Positions 1 through 15,819 of a stretch of 64,000 bases of DNA are shown piece after piece; within the stretch, counting starts at the first letter, position 1; every line of letters begins with the position of its first letter. The notes under the pieces were generated by a model. That model saw nothing but the letters and a program-made list of their open reading frames with translations, had not been told where the DNA came from and did no database searches. The stretch covers positions 49,724,001 through 49,788,000 of the forward strand of contig OX597820.1 in NCBI GenBank assembly GCA_951406725.2. Reading direction: 5' to 3'. The DNA is from Octopus vulgaris (taxonomy: Eukaryota). Both the position numbers and the translations under genes were made by a program.

Positions 1-323
1 TAACATATATCAACAACAAAAGTTACAACAGTACCAGATGTAAAAACGGATAACGTGAGTATGCAATTTTTGGTTACCTTAAAAACACCTCTAAACTTAG
101 TAAATACACACTTCTCAGTAAATGAAACTTATGTTAAAACAGTTTCTCTACCGTTTTCAGTGTAACAGCGTCCCTATCGAATGTTAACTTGAAAAATGGT
201 CATGATATCTAAAATATTTCCCCACCATAAAAACAGTATAAATTTGATCGTTTGTCTCTTAGACAACGATGCCTAAAAGTTTTGATTATCTATCCTGCCA
301 AAGAGTTGCAAGTGACACAAACG

Positions 324-360
<37 letters not shown>

Positions 361-526
361 ATACACACACGCACATTCACACACAAATGTATATGTATTT
401 GTGTGTGGGCATACACCTTAAGCACACGATAATTGTATATTCCAGAATATGTGTTTCAACAGTAAATGTTCTTGTGCTTTTTACCTAATATTACATCTTT
501 ATGTAACGCTGTATATATATAATATA

Positions 527-598
<72 letters not shown>

Positions 599-1263
599 GA
601 CACACAGATATATTTATCAGAATATTCATACAAACATACATACATGCTAGGTGTGCGTGTGTGTAGTTTGGGTAAAATAAAGATAGCGCACGCTCAACCT
701 TTCACACAATGCCCTCAGCCAAGTTTACTATATAATATATACTTCTGATCGAGCTACACAGATCCACGAAACTTCACGTCTTAACGATCTATGATATATA
801 TCTTTTATCTATCATTGCGATATATCTCCATACAACACGCTGCCTGTTAGCAGAATGTCATGAACGGTATGTCAAACATCACTCTTGGGGACAACGAATC
901 AGTTTTCTAATCAGAGATCCAACATTGATGCACTCAGTAAACCAGCGCCGTTTTTATACTTACTATTGCTATTGTTGTTGTTGTTGTTGTTACTAATATG
1001 CTATTGTTATTGTTTTGGCGCCGTTTTGATTGTTGTTTATGCTTTGTCACTTATATTGTTAAGTCCTATTATAAAGTTGATCGTTTGGGCAAAATCGCTG
1101 AACAAATCTTGCGATATTTACTTAGACAATTTTAAGTTGTGAGTTCAAATGCATCCAAACGTCAACTTAAGTTTTTTTTCCATTTGGGTAAGATACAAAA
1201 AGAGGAAATGGAGCAGTCGTTTATTGAGGTCCTCTTAATTGATAATGCAGAGAATCTTCTCTC

Positions 1264-1296
<33 letters not shown>

Positions 1297-1340
1297 TAAT
1301 AATAATAATAATAATAATAATAATATGATGATGATGATGA

Positions 1341-1882
1341 TGATGCAGTACTGGACAGTGGCTCTCATGGCTTCCGATCTTAACTGATTGGAAATGTTAT
1401 CATGTACATTGTTTTTTTCTTGGTATAAAAGATGGACTACAGCAAATATTCTGCTCAATACCACAGATTTGCTTGTCAGTTGTTTAACCTTAACCAGTTG
1501 ACCATGTCCCTTAGTGACTGACGATATGGGCAACTCTGATCATGAGCAGAAGTAGTGAAGGAGCATCATAGCCATGTGTTGAGAGGAATTCTTAGAGGTT
1601 TGGATAATTCACCATTGGAAACATTGGTGGTTCGTTCAACATCCTTAAACAATCCTTATTCAGGGACCTTTTGAGCGGGATGGGCTACTCGACCAGAAGA
1701 AAATTCTAACTGGGCCCCACCAGCAATGTTATGAGCTGTTTGAGATCACCATGTCGCGCACATATGGTTGTGATGTATGTGCCTGGTGTACACTTATCAG
1801 ACGAGTAGTCGTGATGGGTATACTGGGCTTCGTATATTTTACCCCAGTGTCACTTTGATGGCATGCACTGTTCTCTCACTCA

Positions 1883-1883
<1 letters not shown>
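1341..1883 (+). mobile_element. ~540-bp non-coding interspersed element with (AAT)n tail (non-autonomous retroposon or LINE 3' UTR piece)
   Basis: Clearly homologous over its whole length to the reverse complement of 28551-29078 and at its 3' end to 28205-28287. Each copy ends ...GCACTG(T/C)TCTCTCACTCA followed by (AAT)n. Confidence 0.75.
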
Positions 1884-1937
<54 letters not shown>

Positions 1938-1938
<1 letters not shown>

Positions 1939-4511
1939 GGATTTGGAGTGACAAGAAGACGTACAACATAAATGCAGACTGGATTATACAAACTGAAGGA
2001 TCCTACCAAAATTTACAACAACAAGCATGGGAAGACATCACAATAGCAGACCTAAGAAAGGCACTCACGAAGGCCCATAATTGGAAATCCCCCGGTAAAG
2101 ATAAGGTGCCGAATTTCTGGCTCGCATCGCTCCCATGCGCACACGGTAAGCTAGTTCAGCTGCTCAATGGAATTATGAGAGACCCAAAGAATACACCTGA
2201 ATGGTTAGCAAGTGGCATTACTTACCTACTCCCAAAGAATAACGAAACCAACCTTCTAAAAAACTATCGGCCTATAACCTGTCTATCCACCACGTATAAA
2301 ATCCTAACATCTATCCTGGCGGAGAAAACATATGCATTCATGGAGAAGAACGATATTTTCCCCATTGAACAAAAAGGGTGCCGCCGAGGTTCTTACGGAT
2401 GCAAAGATCAACTGCTAATCAATCGTATGATCCTTGAGAACTGTCACAACAAGCGCAGAAATCTCAGCACCGCATGGATTGACTATAAAAAGGCCTTCGA
2501 CAGTATACCGCATCCATGGATCTTGAGATCGCTGGACATCTTCAAAATTTCCCCTGTGATTTCAAACTTCCTGAAGCACAATATGTCGTTGTGGAATACG
2601 AATCTCCAATTATACCACTCTACTGGAGTACTTGCCTCAGAAAATATAAACATCAACTGTGGAATTTTTCAAGGTGACTCACTTTCACCTTTAATATTCT
2701 GCATAGCCCTAATACCCCTTACAAGTGAATTAAACAGAACAGGGTATGGGTATAAAATTGCCAATAAAAAAATAAGCCATCTATTTTATATGGATGACTT
2801 AAAACTTTATGGTAAAGACAATAATGAACTTGAAGGCCTATTGCGCACCGTGAAAGCATTCAGCGATGACATCGGGATGGAGTTTGGACTTGAGAAGTGT
2901 GCCAAGGCCACTTTCCAGAAAGGGAAAGTGAAGACCACAAATTCAGTCGTGTTAGATGTGACACAGTCATAAGAGAGCTTGAGCAAGAACAAACATACAA
3001 ATATTTAGGGATAAATGAAGGCTCTGGTATTCAGCATGCAAGCATGAAAGAGAAGATCAGGAAGGAATGTTATAGGAGAGTTCGTGCAGTCCTGAAATCT
3101 GAACTAAATGCACGTAACAAGGTGTTAGCTATAAATTCCTTAGCAGTTCCAGTTGTTACTTATAGCTACAATGTGTTGAACTGGAATATGAGTGAAGTAA
3201 AGAATATAGATAGGAAAATACGCAAGCTGCTGAGTTGTAATAGGATGCACCACCCAAAGGCAGACGTAGATCGCTTTTACCTTCCCAGAGCCCAAGGAGG
3301 TCGAGGCCTGATCCAATTTGAACTAGCTTACAAAACAACCACAATTGGACTGGCCAAATATCTCGAAATATCGAATGACTGGATGCTAAAGCTCGTGGAA
3401 AATCACGAGAGACGAAAGAAGCTTCATTCTATTATAAAGGAAAGCAAAAAATTTGCTATTGATCTCGTGCAGGATACCTAAACTGAACAACCCGAGGGAA
3501 GTACGGCAACTATTGTTGCAAAGAAGGTGAAAATGATGGCAACGAAAAAAGCGCACGAGTAATTGGCTGATAGGTGGGAGGAGAAACCTCTGCACGGCAA
3601 ATATGTGACCCGCAGCAAACAAGCTGATGTTGACCAGAAGCAAACCCATCAGTGGCTACGGAGCTCAGGGCTAAAAGCAGAGAGCGAAGGTTTCATCCTG
3701 GCTGCTCAAGATCAAAGCCTATTAAGCCGGAACTACCAGGCCAATGTGATGAAAAATGGAGCAGACCCAAAATGCCGATTCTGCAACGACATGATTGAAA
3801 CAGTGGACCACCTAATCTCTGGATGTAAAGTCTTAGCACCAGTGGAGTATAAATTAAGACATGACAGAGTTTGGCCAATATCTACACTGGCTAATAAGTC
3901 GGCATTACAATATCAAAACTGCCGACAAGTGGTATAATCACCACCCTGAGGCTGTAACTGAAGGAGAAAATGTAACCATTCTGTGGGACTTTCCAGTACA
4001 TACAGACCGAACCATCAAGGCCAATAAACCAGATATTGTTGTGAAAGACCAAAACAATAAAGTTTGCTTATTGATCGACATGAGCATCCCCTGTGATCAT
4101 AATATCTCAGCGAAAGAGTTTGACAAGCTCAGAAAATATAAAGACCTACTCATTGAAATTGAGAAAATGTGGCATCTCAAGGCGGTTACAATACCAGTGA
4201 TCGTAGGAGCACTAGGAATGATCAAGAAGGGAACCGAAAATTATATGAGAATGATCCCTGGCTTACCATCCCTGCAAGAAGTGCAAAAGATTGTCTTAAC
4301 TGGTACATCACACTATTGAGAAGAGCATTGTCGATGTGAGAACTGTTGCTGCTCATGTATTTTAATTTAACTTTAAAAAAAATTTAAAAAATGAACGAAC
4401 TATTGAGTTTGGTTTAATGGCCTACCAATGTATACTATGAGTTTCTTTGCCCTAGGAGTCGGGAAGACACTCGGCAAGAAATGGAAGCAAATTTGAAAGA
4501 AGAAAAAAAAA

Positions 4512-4512
<1 letters not shown>
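1938..4512 (+). mobile_element. 5'-truncated Dong/R4-clade non-LTR retrotransposon (RT plus restriction-like endonuclease), pseudogenised
   Basis: ORFs 1863-2972, 2897-3481, 3563-3937 and 3861-4319 give RT motifs (KSPGKD, NYRPITCL, WIDYKKAFDS, GIFQGDSLSP, HLFYMDDLKL), a CCHC knuckle (CRFC..ETVDHLISGC), RHD, KPDIVV, LIDMSIP and KYKDL. Flanked by (AAT)n on both sides, the known Dong-type target. About three frameshifts plus in-frame stops at 3479 and 3560. Confidence 0.92.
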
Positions 4513-4597
<85 letters not shown>

Positions 4598-4659
4598 AAG
4601 AAGAAGAAGAAGAAGAAGAAGAAGAAGAAGAAGAAGAAGAAGAAGAAGAAGAAGAAGAA

Positions 4660-4806
4660 TAACATCGAAAAATATCTTAAGAATGAGAACCCAGGTTCGA
4701 AATTTCCCCAAGACACCTAATGAAGGCTGGAGGGTATATTAGCTGAAACGTTGTGTTAACAACAAACGAGATGATGACAAATATAATTACTGTAAATAAT
4801 GTAAAT
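4660..4806 (+). repeat. Solo copy of the PLE pLTR/hammerhead module (core mutated to CTAATGA)
   Basis: Homologous to 56110-56256: GACAC-CTAATGA-A-GGCTG..TAGCT-GAAAC-GTT-GTGTT at 4712-4757. Confidence 0.75.
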
Positions 4807-5229
4807 AGTGTAAATTTATGCACGTTGATCCATTTTAGTTTCCTTCTTTTTGTCGTTTGCCTTAATTATGAAAATTAATTACCAAATTTGTTCGTCACAC
4901 TTTTCTTATATGCATCGAATGTTTTTACACATAGAGAATAGAATAATTTCAGGTTGCAGAAAAAAGCGTTTCCAAAAGTTAACATCCAGAAACATCGAAC
5001 ATACGACCTTGCGTTTGTAAAGCAAACTTTGTACCTGTTGGCTCATACTGCATTTTTAAATGTATCATTCCAACACATGTGTTTATGCAGACACACTCAT
5101 TTACCTCCTCAAACATTGTATGCCATTATATTGTATATCTTAATAATATAAATAATATATATATATATGCATATATACATTCGTACATACATGTACTTAC
5201 GTACATATATATGTATATACACATGCTTA

Positions 5230-5923
5230 TATAGGTACAGGACGTCAAAAACGTAAACACCATGAGAAGCGAGAACATGAAATAAAAACAACATGGAAAA
5301 CGAACTTTTTTTGCGAACAATGAAAGAAACAAATAGAAAAACGAGACAGGTAACATAAAGAACAATCCCTTCATAGTTGTCCACTGTTTTATCTATCTAC
5401 TCCGCATTTCGAGCGTTAGGACAAGATGCGTCTTCGTCAGAACAAAGCAAATTAAATCAAATTTGGGATTTGCGGAGGGTCAAAGTTGGTAACAAAAACA
5501 GAACAGTTAAAACAAACGGTAAGAGCTGTTAAGCCATAACGAAGCGAAGCGGTGAACGCTGGAGTAACGAGCTTTGACAGGAGACAGACAAAAACGCGTA
5601 CTATCCATTATAGCTGAACGAGAAGAAAGAAAGAAATTCGAGTTAGGAGAAGAAAGATGTCCGCTGGTCACGTGTGAGCATCGAGAGAGTCAAGGAGGAA
5701 GAGTGAGGGAGAGCGAGGAACAGACAGAGAACGGTGAAGCAGGAAGTGAAGAATTAAAGAAAGGGTAAGACAGAAAAAAGAATATAGAAAGAGGAAGAGA
5801 GAGGGAGAAAGGGAGAGAGGGAGAGTAGGCGAGAGAAAGAGAGAGAGAAATATAGATATTGATAGAATAGTGTCGTATCAGAATTATTACGATTAAACTT
5901 ACTTGGAAATGGATGCGTGACGT

Positions 5924-5965
<42 letters not shown>

Positions 5966-6472
5966 TTCGCCACCACAACTTCGTTTTAGGCTTAGCAGCT
6001 CTTCCTGTTTGATTTCACTGTCCTGTTTGTGTTAACCAATTTTGACCCTCCGCAAAATTATTTATGTTTGTTTTTCTTTTGTGACTTTCGTTGTTCGAAA
6101 GAATAGTTCATGTTCCGTGTACTCGTGCTTCGTACACCTTTGTTGTACACGTTTCATGACGTCATGTCCCCACATATGCATATAACCCCACCATTTACTG
6201 ACATACATATATATTTATATATATATATAACAATTTAATAAATAAAACATATGCATACATACATACATATATGTACATAATTACATCTATATTTATTTGT
6301 ACATGCATATATGAGTACAGGACACCACAAATAAACGTAGAACACAACGAGAAACGAAAACATAAAACCAAACAAGGAAACATACTTTTTTTAACAACGA
6401 AGAAACAGAGTACAAAACAAACAACATAAGGAACATTCCCCTTCTTCAGCTGCCCCTGTTTCGACTCAATGC
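5230..6472. repeat. Cluster of related unclassified repeat fragments in both orientations around (TA)n tracts
   Basis: 5468-5545 is an imperfect reverse complement of 5978-6058. 5233-5370 resembles 6313-6445. 5895-5925 resembles the reverse complement of 8737-8768. Confidence 0.5.
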
Positions 6473-6530
<58 letters not shown>

Positions 6531-6639
6531 GTATAGATGTAAGTATGTGCATATACGTATGTATTTATGCATACATATACACATCATTGTTCCGTAGTTT
6601 CTCATCTGATGCTGTATATAAATATATGTATATATATTA

Positions 6640-8718
6640 CTAGCAGCATAGCCCGGCGTTGCCCGGGTATGTAAGAGCCCCTATAGGGAATGACTAATCC
6701 CAATCTAGTCCTTTCTCTCAAGGGAACGAAGGCGCATGTGTAGGTTGCAATGTCTTCTCTTCACTCGAATACTTCTGTGTATATGACGTTCCTAGCTGTC
6801 TCTTTGGGCGAAAACATGAAAACATCATTGCGCCTCCCAACGCGTGAACAGCCCACGTAGAGTTGACCGTGGGCGAAGCACTGTTTGCCCAAATGTAACC
6901 CAGCGACTTGTAGCGTTTGGCCTTGGGATTTATTGATGGACATTGCGAAGCAGAGTTTAACAGGAAAATGAGAACGCTTGAAGTGGATTGGTAGGTCAGC
7001 GCCCGACGGTTGAAGGTGCATGCATGGAATGAAGACGTCCTCTCCCTTCCCACAACCGGTAAGTATTGTGGCCGTTATTAAATGTGGTGCCAAATGTTTC
7101 ACAACCAGACGTGTGCCGTTGCACTGTTTAGGTGGAACCAAATTCCTGATGAGCATAATGGGTGCATCGACTTTTAACTTCAGGATGTGTGGAGGCAGAC
7201 CTGGCGGTTCAAGTGAATTCAGGAATTCAACAGGATGATTGGCAAGCTCGGCGGGGTCTGCTGTCCTGTCTATAGATTTGTAGACGTGGACATCACCAGG
7301 AATAGCTTCAAGTAGCAGTATATTGATGGAGTTGACGGTTGTATTTTTTGGTGCGAGAATAGCTCTGCCTGCCAGCCATTTTAGGTCGCGTAAATTGTTT
7401 TGTAGGTCGTGCAAGACAGCGTCCCGGAGGCTAGCAGGAGTGTCGACAGTGGTGCAAAGTGAGTCCAATTGAACGCAGCCGTCCGCATCAGCGGGCATCC
7501 TATTTTCACCGAGCGATAAAAGGTCCCTGGAGAATGCAGCGGATCCGCTGTCACCAATCAACTGCGCGCGCTTGTTAGTTTGGAGGTGCAAGGGCCGCAC
7601 ATGTGCCCAAAGAGCTGACGATTTAGGGCACGCGCGCACGGCATCGGCACAGGTTCCTTTTGGAATAACAGGTAGAGTCTGCCTGAAGTCTCCTGAAAGA
7701 AGTAAAGTCAATCCTCCCGTGGGGACCGTAGAGTCTCTGATGTTTTGCAGGGACCTCCAGTGCCTCAAGGGCGCCTTTGTGAGCCATAGTGCACTCGTCC
7801 CATACGATGAGTTTGCATCTGCGCAGAATGTCGGTCTGTTCTGAGTTCTTGGCGATGTTGCTGATAGGTGACTCGGACTTTGCCAGATAGAGCGGGAGTC
7901 TGAAGGCAGAGTGGGCGGTTCTGCCACCCGGAAGCAACGTGGCCGCGATACCAGAGGAAGCTACAGCCAGGGCAATGTCCGTGTTGCGTCTGACCTCCGC
8001 CAGAATTAGTTTCGTGACAAGGGTTTGCCAGTGCCGCCAAGTGCGTCAAGGAAGTAAATGCCCCCACGTTGCTGTCTGACAGAGTCTACGATGGTGTTGT
8101 AGGCTATGCGCTGGTCTGGTAGCAGTCGTGGTTCATTATCTTAGACAGTCTGTGGTTTGCTATGTGTGCCACATATGATTTAATTAACCGATTTCTTCCA
8201 GTAATGAAGTATCCTATTGGAATAAAAAGGGCCATATAGCTCCTTGGAGCATACATGATGCTCGCTGTGAATTAAAAAAAAAATTCCTGCCAATTTGTTA
8301 AAGATATTGTCGAAAATATGTCATCTTGAATTTGAACGCGATTTCCCAAAATGGCATGATTTTATCGATTTTTTCTGATGGTGAGGTATTGCATGGAAAA
8401 CTAACGTCAGAATTACGTTTCTTAGGGTATCAATAAGCTTAACCATGAGTTTGGTGAAAATCGATTGCAAGTTGCGAAAACTACAACAGAAAATGTGTTG
8501 CATATGAAAAGCTTAGATTCTCGACCACATGTCGAATTTATGGAATTTTTTCAGAACTGGGGGAACTTTTCAAAATTTTCGCTGCGTTAGTTTTGAATTA
8601 TGACATTGGGCTATGTGTATGTCAAGTTTTATCAGAATCGGATGAAAGCCGTGGTCAGGGTGAGGGTACAACCTGACAGACACACAGACAGACAATCTGC
8701 CTTTGATATAGAGAGAGA
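6640..8718 (-). mobile_element. Helitron internal-deletion derivative with both termini
   Basis: On the minus strand the element starts A|TC (TCTCTCTCTATATCAAAGGCAGATTGTCTGTCTG...) and ends with a subterminal hairpin CCCGGGCAACGCCGGG followed by CTAG|T (6640-6643). It carries a Pif1 helicase but no Rep domain was seen. Confidence 0.88.
6761..8140 (-). pseudogene. Helitron Pif1-family (SF1B) helicase, frameshifted
   Basis: Motifs across frames: YFLDA.GGTGK, VASSGIAATLLPGGRTAHS, LIVWDECTM, GDFRQTLPVIP, RAILAPKN, LIRNL..CNGTRL, FPVKLCFAMSINKSQGQTL, FAHGQLYVGCSRV. Confidence 0.9.
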
Positions 8719-8768
8719 TTTATACTATTATATGATTGAACGGCACGCATCCTCTTCCAAGTAAGTTT

Positions 8769-8853
<85 letters not shown>

Positions 8854-8878
8854 GTATATACATATGTGTGTATATCTA

Positions 8879-8914
<36 letters not shown>

Positions 8915-8922
8915 GATGTATG

Positions 8923-8953
<31 letters not shown>

Positions 8954-9692
8954 GCTTTACACACACAAAAATATACGCACATATATACACATACACACAC
9001 ATATAAATATATGCTTCTTCTCTCACCAGCCAACAAGAAATCCACATGAGTGAAAATATAACAACAAAGCTGCCCCGTGTTGTTAGTACTTGAACCAGTT
9101 AACACAGGTTAGACAAACAACTGTTATCTTAAACCATTTACATTTTTTTTTAATCTGTGTAAACTGATATTAGATTGTCGCTTGACACATCACCACATCC
9201 ATTATCATCATTCTTCATCTACTTCAACGTGAGCTCTGTCTGAATCATCATCACACCCAACACTTTCGTCACTAACGAGTCAACTGTTAACTCTGTTTTC
9301 GTTCAACCTGCTAAAGAAAGCAGCTAAATATTTTTTTGAAACAAAGCATGACACCCCACCCCCACCCTAAAAAAAAAAAGAAAAAGAAAAAGGCTTTATT
9401 TAGATTACTCTTTGGTGGATAAAAAATAGGATGGTCACAGTTGAAACATCTATGATCCTTTGCATAAACTTTGCTGGCCTACAATTAGCTACAAAGCCCC
9501 AATGTATGTTGCATTCTATTTCTGTACATTGTGGCAGCAAGGTCAGAAGGCATGTACATAGCCTAATGATGCTTTTCCATGTCCCTTTCGTTTTTCTGGT
9601 ATAAGGAAGTTAAAGATCAAGAAAATTTTGTTAGGAATATGGGTTTATATTTTTTCTTGTTTTGTGATGTAGTTTTGTTGTTGGGATATGTA

Positions 9693-10222
9693 TTGGGTTG
9701 TCCGGAAAGTTTGTGCTGATTTTTAAAGGAAAGAAAAACGTCCATAAATACTTGCCATTACATTTTTAATCAACCAAATATGAACCACTTTCTTGCACAA
9801 TGCGTCTCCATCTTTCCTTTAACTTGAAAACCCCCAGAATTGAGGTGGTTTCATGGCAAAGAATTCATTTGAAATTTTTACTATTAAGACTATTCTACAG
9901 AGACCTGAATAAGTGGAAATCCGAAGGAGCAATATCTGGTGAATATGGAGGTTGGGGTAACACATCCCAGCCGAGCTGCAGCAATTTTTGTCTGGTTCCC
10001 AAAGCATCAAGTGCCGAAAATGAACTTTCTTATCTTCCATCTTAAAGGGTTACAGAATTAACACAGGTTATAAGAACATAAACCTTCTTCCACGAAAAGA
10101 TAGCTTAAACTATGCTCTAAATGGAGGTGCAGTAAAATCCTATTTTATGAACTCAACCATGTTCTAAAATAAATCGAAAGGTAAGCTAATATAGATCGGC
10201 ACGAACTTTCCGGACAACCAAA
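9693..10222 (-). mobile_element. Non-autonomous mariner element
   Basis: ~30-bp TIRs (TTGGGTTGTCCGGAAAGTT.. / ..AACTTTCCGGACAACCAAA) flanked by TA. Internal minus-strand remnant LGWDVLPQPPYSPDIAPSDFHLFRSL. Confidence 0.88.
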
Positions 10223-11269
10223 TATAATATTATGATATTGATCTTGTTGTTTAGCGTTAGATTAAATCTGATCGAGCTCTTCCGTGGACAATAACGTTTC
10301 AGTCTTTACTGTCTCGTGCTTTATTATCATTTTTGTATACCTTAGATTCTATAGACTGACCAGTATGTCTTTTCTGTAAAACAGTTGGCTATAATCTGAA
10401 GGCACTTGAGGTTGGCTTGTAACTCGTTGGCGACGTAGATGAAAGCACACATATATTCTTCATGCTGTCGCATGACGGTGAATTGCAGAATTAGTAAAGT
10501 AAAGGACAGAATGTTTTTGGATATGTACTAAGTTATGCTTTGCTATGTAATTCGATGTGTATATAAGCAAGAATTTTAAATTTCAGTTGATTGCTAATTA
10601 TGAGAGAATTTTATGCGGCAATGCTTATGCTTTTTCGACATCTTTATTTATTTTTTTTTCTGCTAAACAATCGCCTTGGAATTTTTTAACAACTTTATGT
10701 TGACCTGAGTGTTTTATGTCATTTTCTCTCTTATTATTTTATTCGTTTGATTAGTGTTCCCTTCCGAGCGTCTTTTGTTTTTAAGGCTTATTTTTATTTC
10801 TATGGCTGTGTAGGCTCAGGTTAGCTTTCAGGGAATACGGCAGGGTGAAGCATGAATGAGATTTGGTTGTTAATTCTAGCAGTCGGACGGATTCCTTTAC
10901 GGTGTCGAATCAAAAGGATCCCGGTAATGTTTAATATGGGCCCCGGGTCAATTTTTATAAGCAAATTTTTTTATTAGTTAAATATTACCATATTCTGTAA
11001 AAAGAAGATGAGATGACAAAGGAATAAACGATTTATCTTATGAACTTATTATCTTCATAAGATAGTCGTTTAATTTTCTTTGTCATGTCATGTTCTTATT
11101 ACCATGCCATGTTTTTATTACTCAACTAAAGCTTAGTTCAGAAGCTTAAGTATTTTGAGTTCTATATCAGGTTCGTTAGTCTCGCAATGCCTAAGCCAAA
11201 TATTCTGTAACATATATATATATAGACACCTGTTGTTATGTTCTGTTATTATTTTTATTGTATTTGTGT

Positions 11270-11543
11270 AACATCGTCCGTTTTTTCCCGTCCTTGTTTT
11301 GTATACATTCGCTGCTTTCTTCCACGGAATCTAATGCTCTTAGCTTAGTTTTTCCTTGAGGTTGGCCAGATTGGAGCAATCTCAAGTATAATTCAGCCGA
11401 AATTGCGAAGATAATCTAATACTTGACTGAGGAAAGAAAACTCCGAATGACCCGTCCTTGTTTTCTTTGTATCGTCTATCTGGACGTTTTGTTGTCCAAT
11501 TTTTGTATCACCTAACTGTCCGGATGTTTTGCGTTCTTGTCTC

Positions 11544-11545
<2 letters not shown>
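11270..11545 (+). repeat. Unclassified interspersed repeat ending at a (TA)n tract
   Basis: Aligns by eye with 50200-50430 (CATTCGCT..TAATGCTC..AGCTTAGTTTTTC..TCAGCCGAAATT..CGAATGACCCGTCC). Confidence 0.6.
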
Positions 11546-11597
<52 letters not shown>

Positions 11598-11599
11598 CT

Positions 11600-12016
<417 letters not shown>

Positions 12017-12304
12017 GCGTGTAGGGAGAATTCATAAAAAGTATGTATGCACACACACACATATCGGTGGCATGCGCTCAGAATTACTATAATGTATACT
12101 GGCCCTTTTATCCCTTTATTTCGGTCTACATTATACGTTAGTTGTTACGGAATAATTGTTCCTATCCTCCATATGAGAACTTGTTTATTGTTCAGTCCGG
12201 TCGTAAACATAAACAAGGTTGACATACCTGCCATTGAGACTCTTTCGTTGAGTCGTTGTTGCTTTAAGAAAACGAGCGAGTAATAAGTGAGAAAAATATA
12301 ATTA

Positions 12305-12703
12305 CTCTTTTACTCTTTTACTTGTTTCAGTCATGTGATGTGGCCATGCTGGAGCACCGCCTTTTAGTCGATCAAATCGACCCGAGGAGTTATTCTTTGT
12401 AAGCCTAGTACTTATTTCATCGGTCTCTTTTTGCCGAACCGCTAAGTTACGGGAACGTAAACACACCAGCATCGGCTGTCAAGCGATGTTGGGGGGACAA
12501 ACACAGACAAGCACGCACATACACATATATGCATATACATATATACGACGGGCTTCTTTCAGTTTCCGTCTACCAAATCCACTCATAAGGCTTTGGTCGG
12601 TTCGAGGCTATAGTAGAAGACACTTGCCCAAGGTACCACGCAGTGGGACTGAACCCGGAACCATGTGGATGGTAAACAAGCTACTTACCACACAGCCACT
12701 CCT
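12305..12703 (-). mobile_element. tRNA-derived SINE family A, full length
   Basis: Minus strand begins AGGAGTGGCTGTGTGGTAAG (A-box-like) and has GGTTCAGTCCC (B-box-like). The body is shared with other copies and the tail is (GTAAAAGA)n. Confidence 0.85.
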
Positions 12704-13099
12704 GTCAGTCTTGTTACTAGGGTTGCGAGAAGCTTGTTAAATTTCTTCCAACCACTTGAAATATTTTACACTTTCCCTTTGTTATTTAAAATTTTCTCTT
12801 TGTAATTTCTTTTATTATGAATTTCTAGGGTAATATGAATTAAATTTTCGTCATCAACACGCAAAATTACATCGAAATGATAGTTTTTTTGAAATTATTC
12901 AGCTGAAAATTTGAAATAACTAAATTAGTTGGAAAGACTTTAACAAGATCCGGTAAGCAGTTCTGCAGTCATTGTTTTGCGTTATGACTTATTCTGCTTC
13001 TTAGAGTTTGTTGTTGTAACTGTTGGTTGTTAAAGTTCCTACGTGTGTCCTTCGATAGGCAAGGTTGCTTATCCCCACCAACAAGGCTGCACCTACCAC

Positions 13100-14520
<1,421 letters not shown>

Positions 14521-15780
14521 GCTACCGTCGTCTGATGTCTGGCGTAACGCGTAGATGATAGTGGTGTTGTCTAGGACTTCAAATAGAGGGGATTGAACCG
14601 ATAGAGAAAGGTGGAGCTAGTAATGAAGTGCGGGTTGGTGGTAGTGGTGGTGCCGGTTGCGGTGGTGATGGCAATTGGTATCAGTGATGGAGAGTAGCGT
14701 GTGTGTGTGTAAGTGTTGAGAAGCAATGGGTGGGAAACAAGATGGGTTTGGGTTAGTCGAGTAGAAGGGATGAGGTGTGTAAAGGTATGTATAGCGTGTG
14801 AAGCGGCGGGAGACGACTGAAGTAAAAAGTGAAGATGGTGTGAAGTGAGAGAAAGAGAAGACAAAGAAATATGCGTGTGCAATGAAGGCAAGGTTTTGGG
14901 ATGCTGGTGGGGGTAGTGCTAAGGTTACTGTTAAGGAGGATAGAATTAGAGTTGGGGTTAAGTGTGGTCATACATGATGGAGATGGTTAGAAAGGCGTGA
15001 GTCACGTTAAGGAACATGGAATTTCGTTCTCTTTATATACGTTTGTTATCTCTTTCTTTTGTCGTTGTTTTTGTTGTTCTTGTTGCTGATGTATGGGTAT
15101 TTTTTTAAGCAACGGGTGGCTACTAGTTGCTAGGATAGAGTTTCGTCTCGGATAGAGATAATTACTAAAAAATCGGTCAATATTTGATCCCCTGCTTCTA
15201 TAACTTGTTACTTCTGATTCGTTTCACAAATTAGCTGGGAAACTGCAATGCGCGCACTCACACACTCAAGCATGCGTGCATTCATGCATGAATAGATAAA
15301 TACATACACATACATACATACATACATACATACATACATACATACATACATACATACATACATTCATACATACATACATACATACATGCATACGTACATA
15401 CAAACATACATACATAATACATAATACATACATACACACACATACGTACGCACGTGCATATACATACAAACGTACGTACGTACGTGCATATACATACAAA
15501 CGTACGTATATGTGTAGATACATAAACGCATTTACCTATACAGAGACAAGAATATACTGGTATATAGATACTTATATATGTGTACTAATCAACATAACCA
15601 GCGATATACATTCTATATACTTACATATATACACAGATATAAAAATACCTACACAGAAGTATTCACACACACACACACACATACACACACACACATGCAT
15701 ATACATACATGCAAATATGTGTTTGTGCGTATGTGTGTGTGAGCGAGTGCGTGTGTATTTTTGTATGTATGTATGAGTGT

Positions 15781-15819
<39 letters not shown>

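Noticed and set aside
1341-1420. HDV-like ribozyme at the 5' end of the 540-bp element
   Set aside because: I could not identify the P1/P2/P3 nested pseudoknot by eye.
1863-2972. 369-aa ORF as an intact gene
   Set aside because: Its start comes from the upstream element and the (AAT)n tract. The LINE is 5'-truncated and disrupted downstream.
5400-5442. Minus-strand CTGACGA...GAAA
   Set aside because: Stem II pairs poorly and there is no convincing cleavage triplet or stem I. At best it is a decayed motif.
7140-7630. CTGATGA and CTGACGA heptamers
   Set aside because: They are chance matches antisense to the Helitron helicase, with no hammerhead stems.
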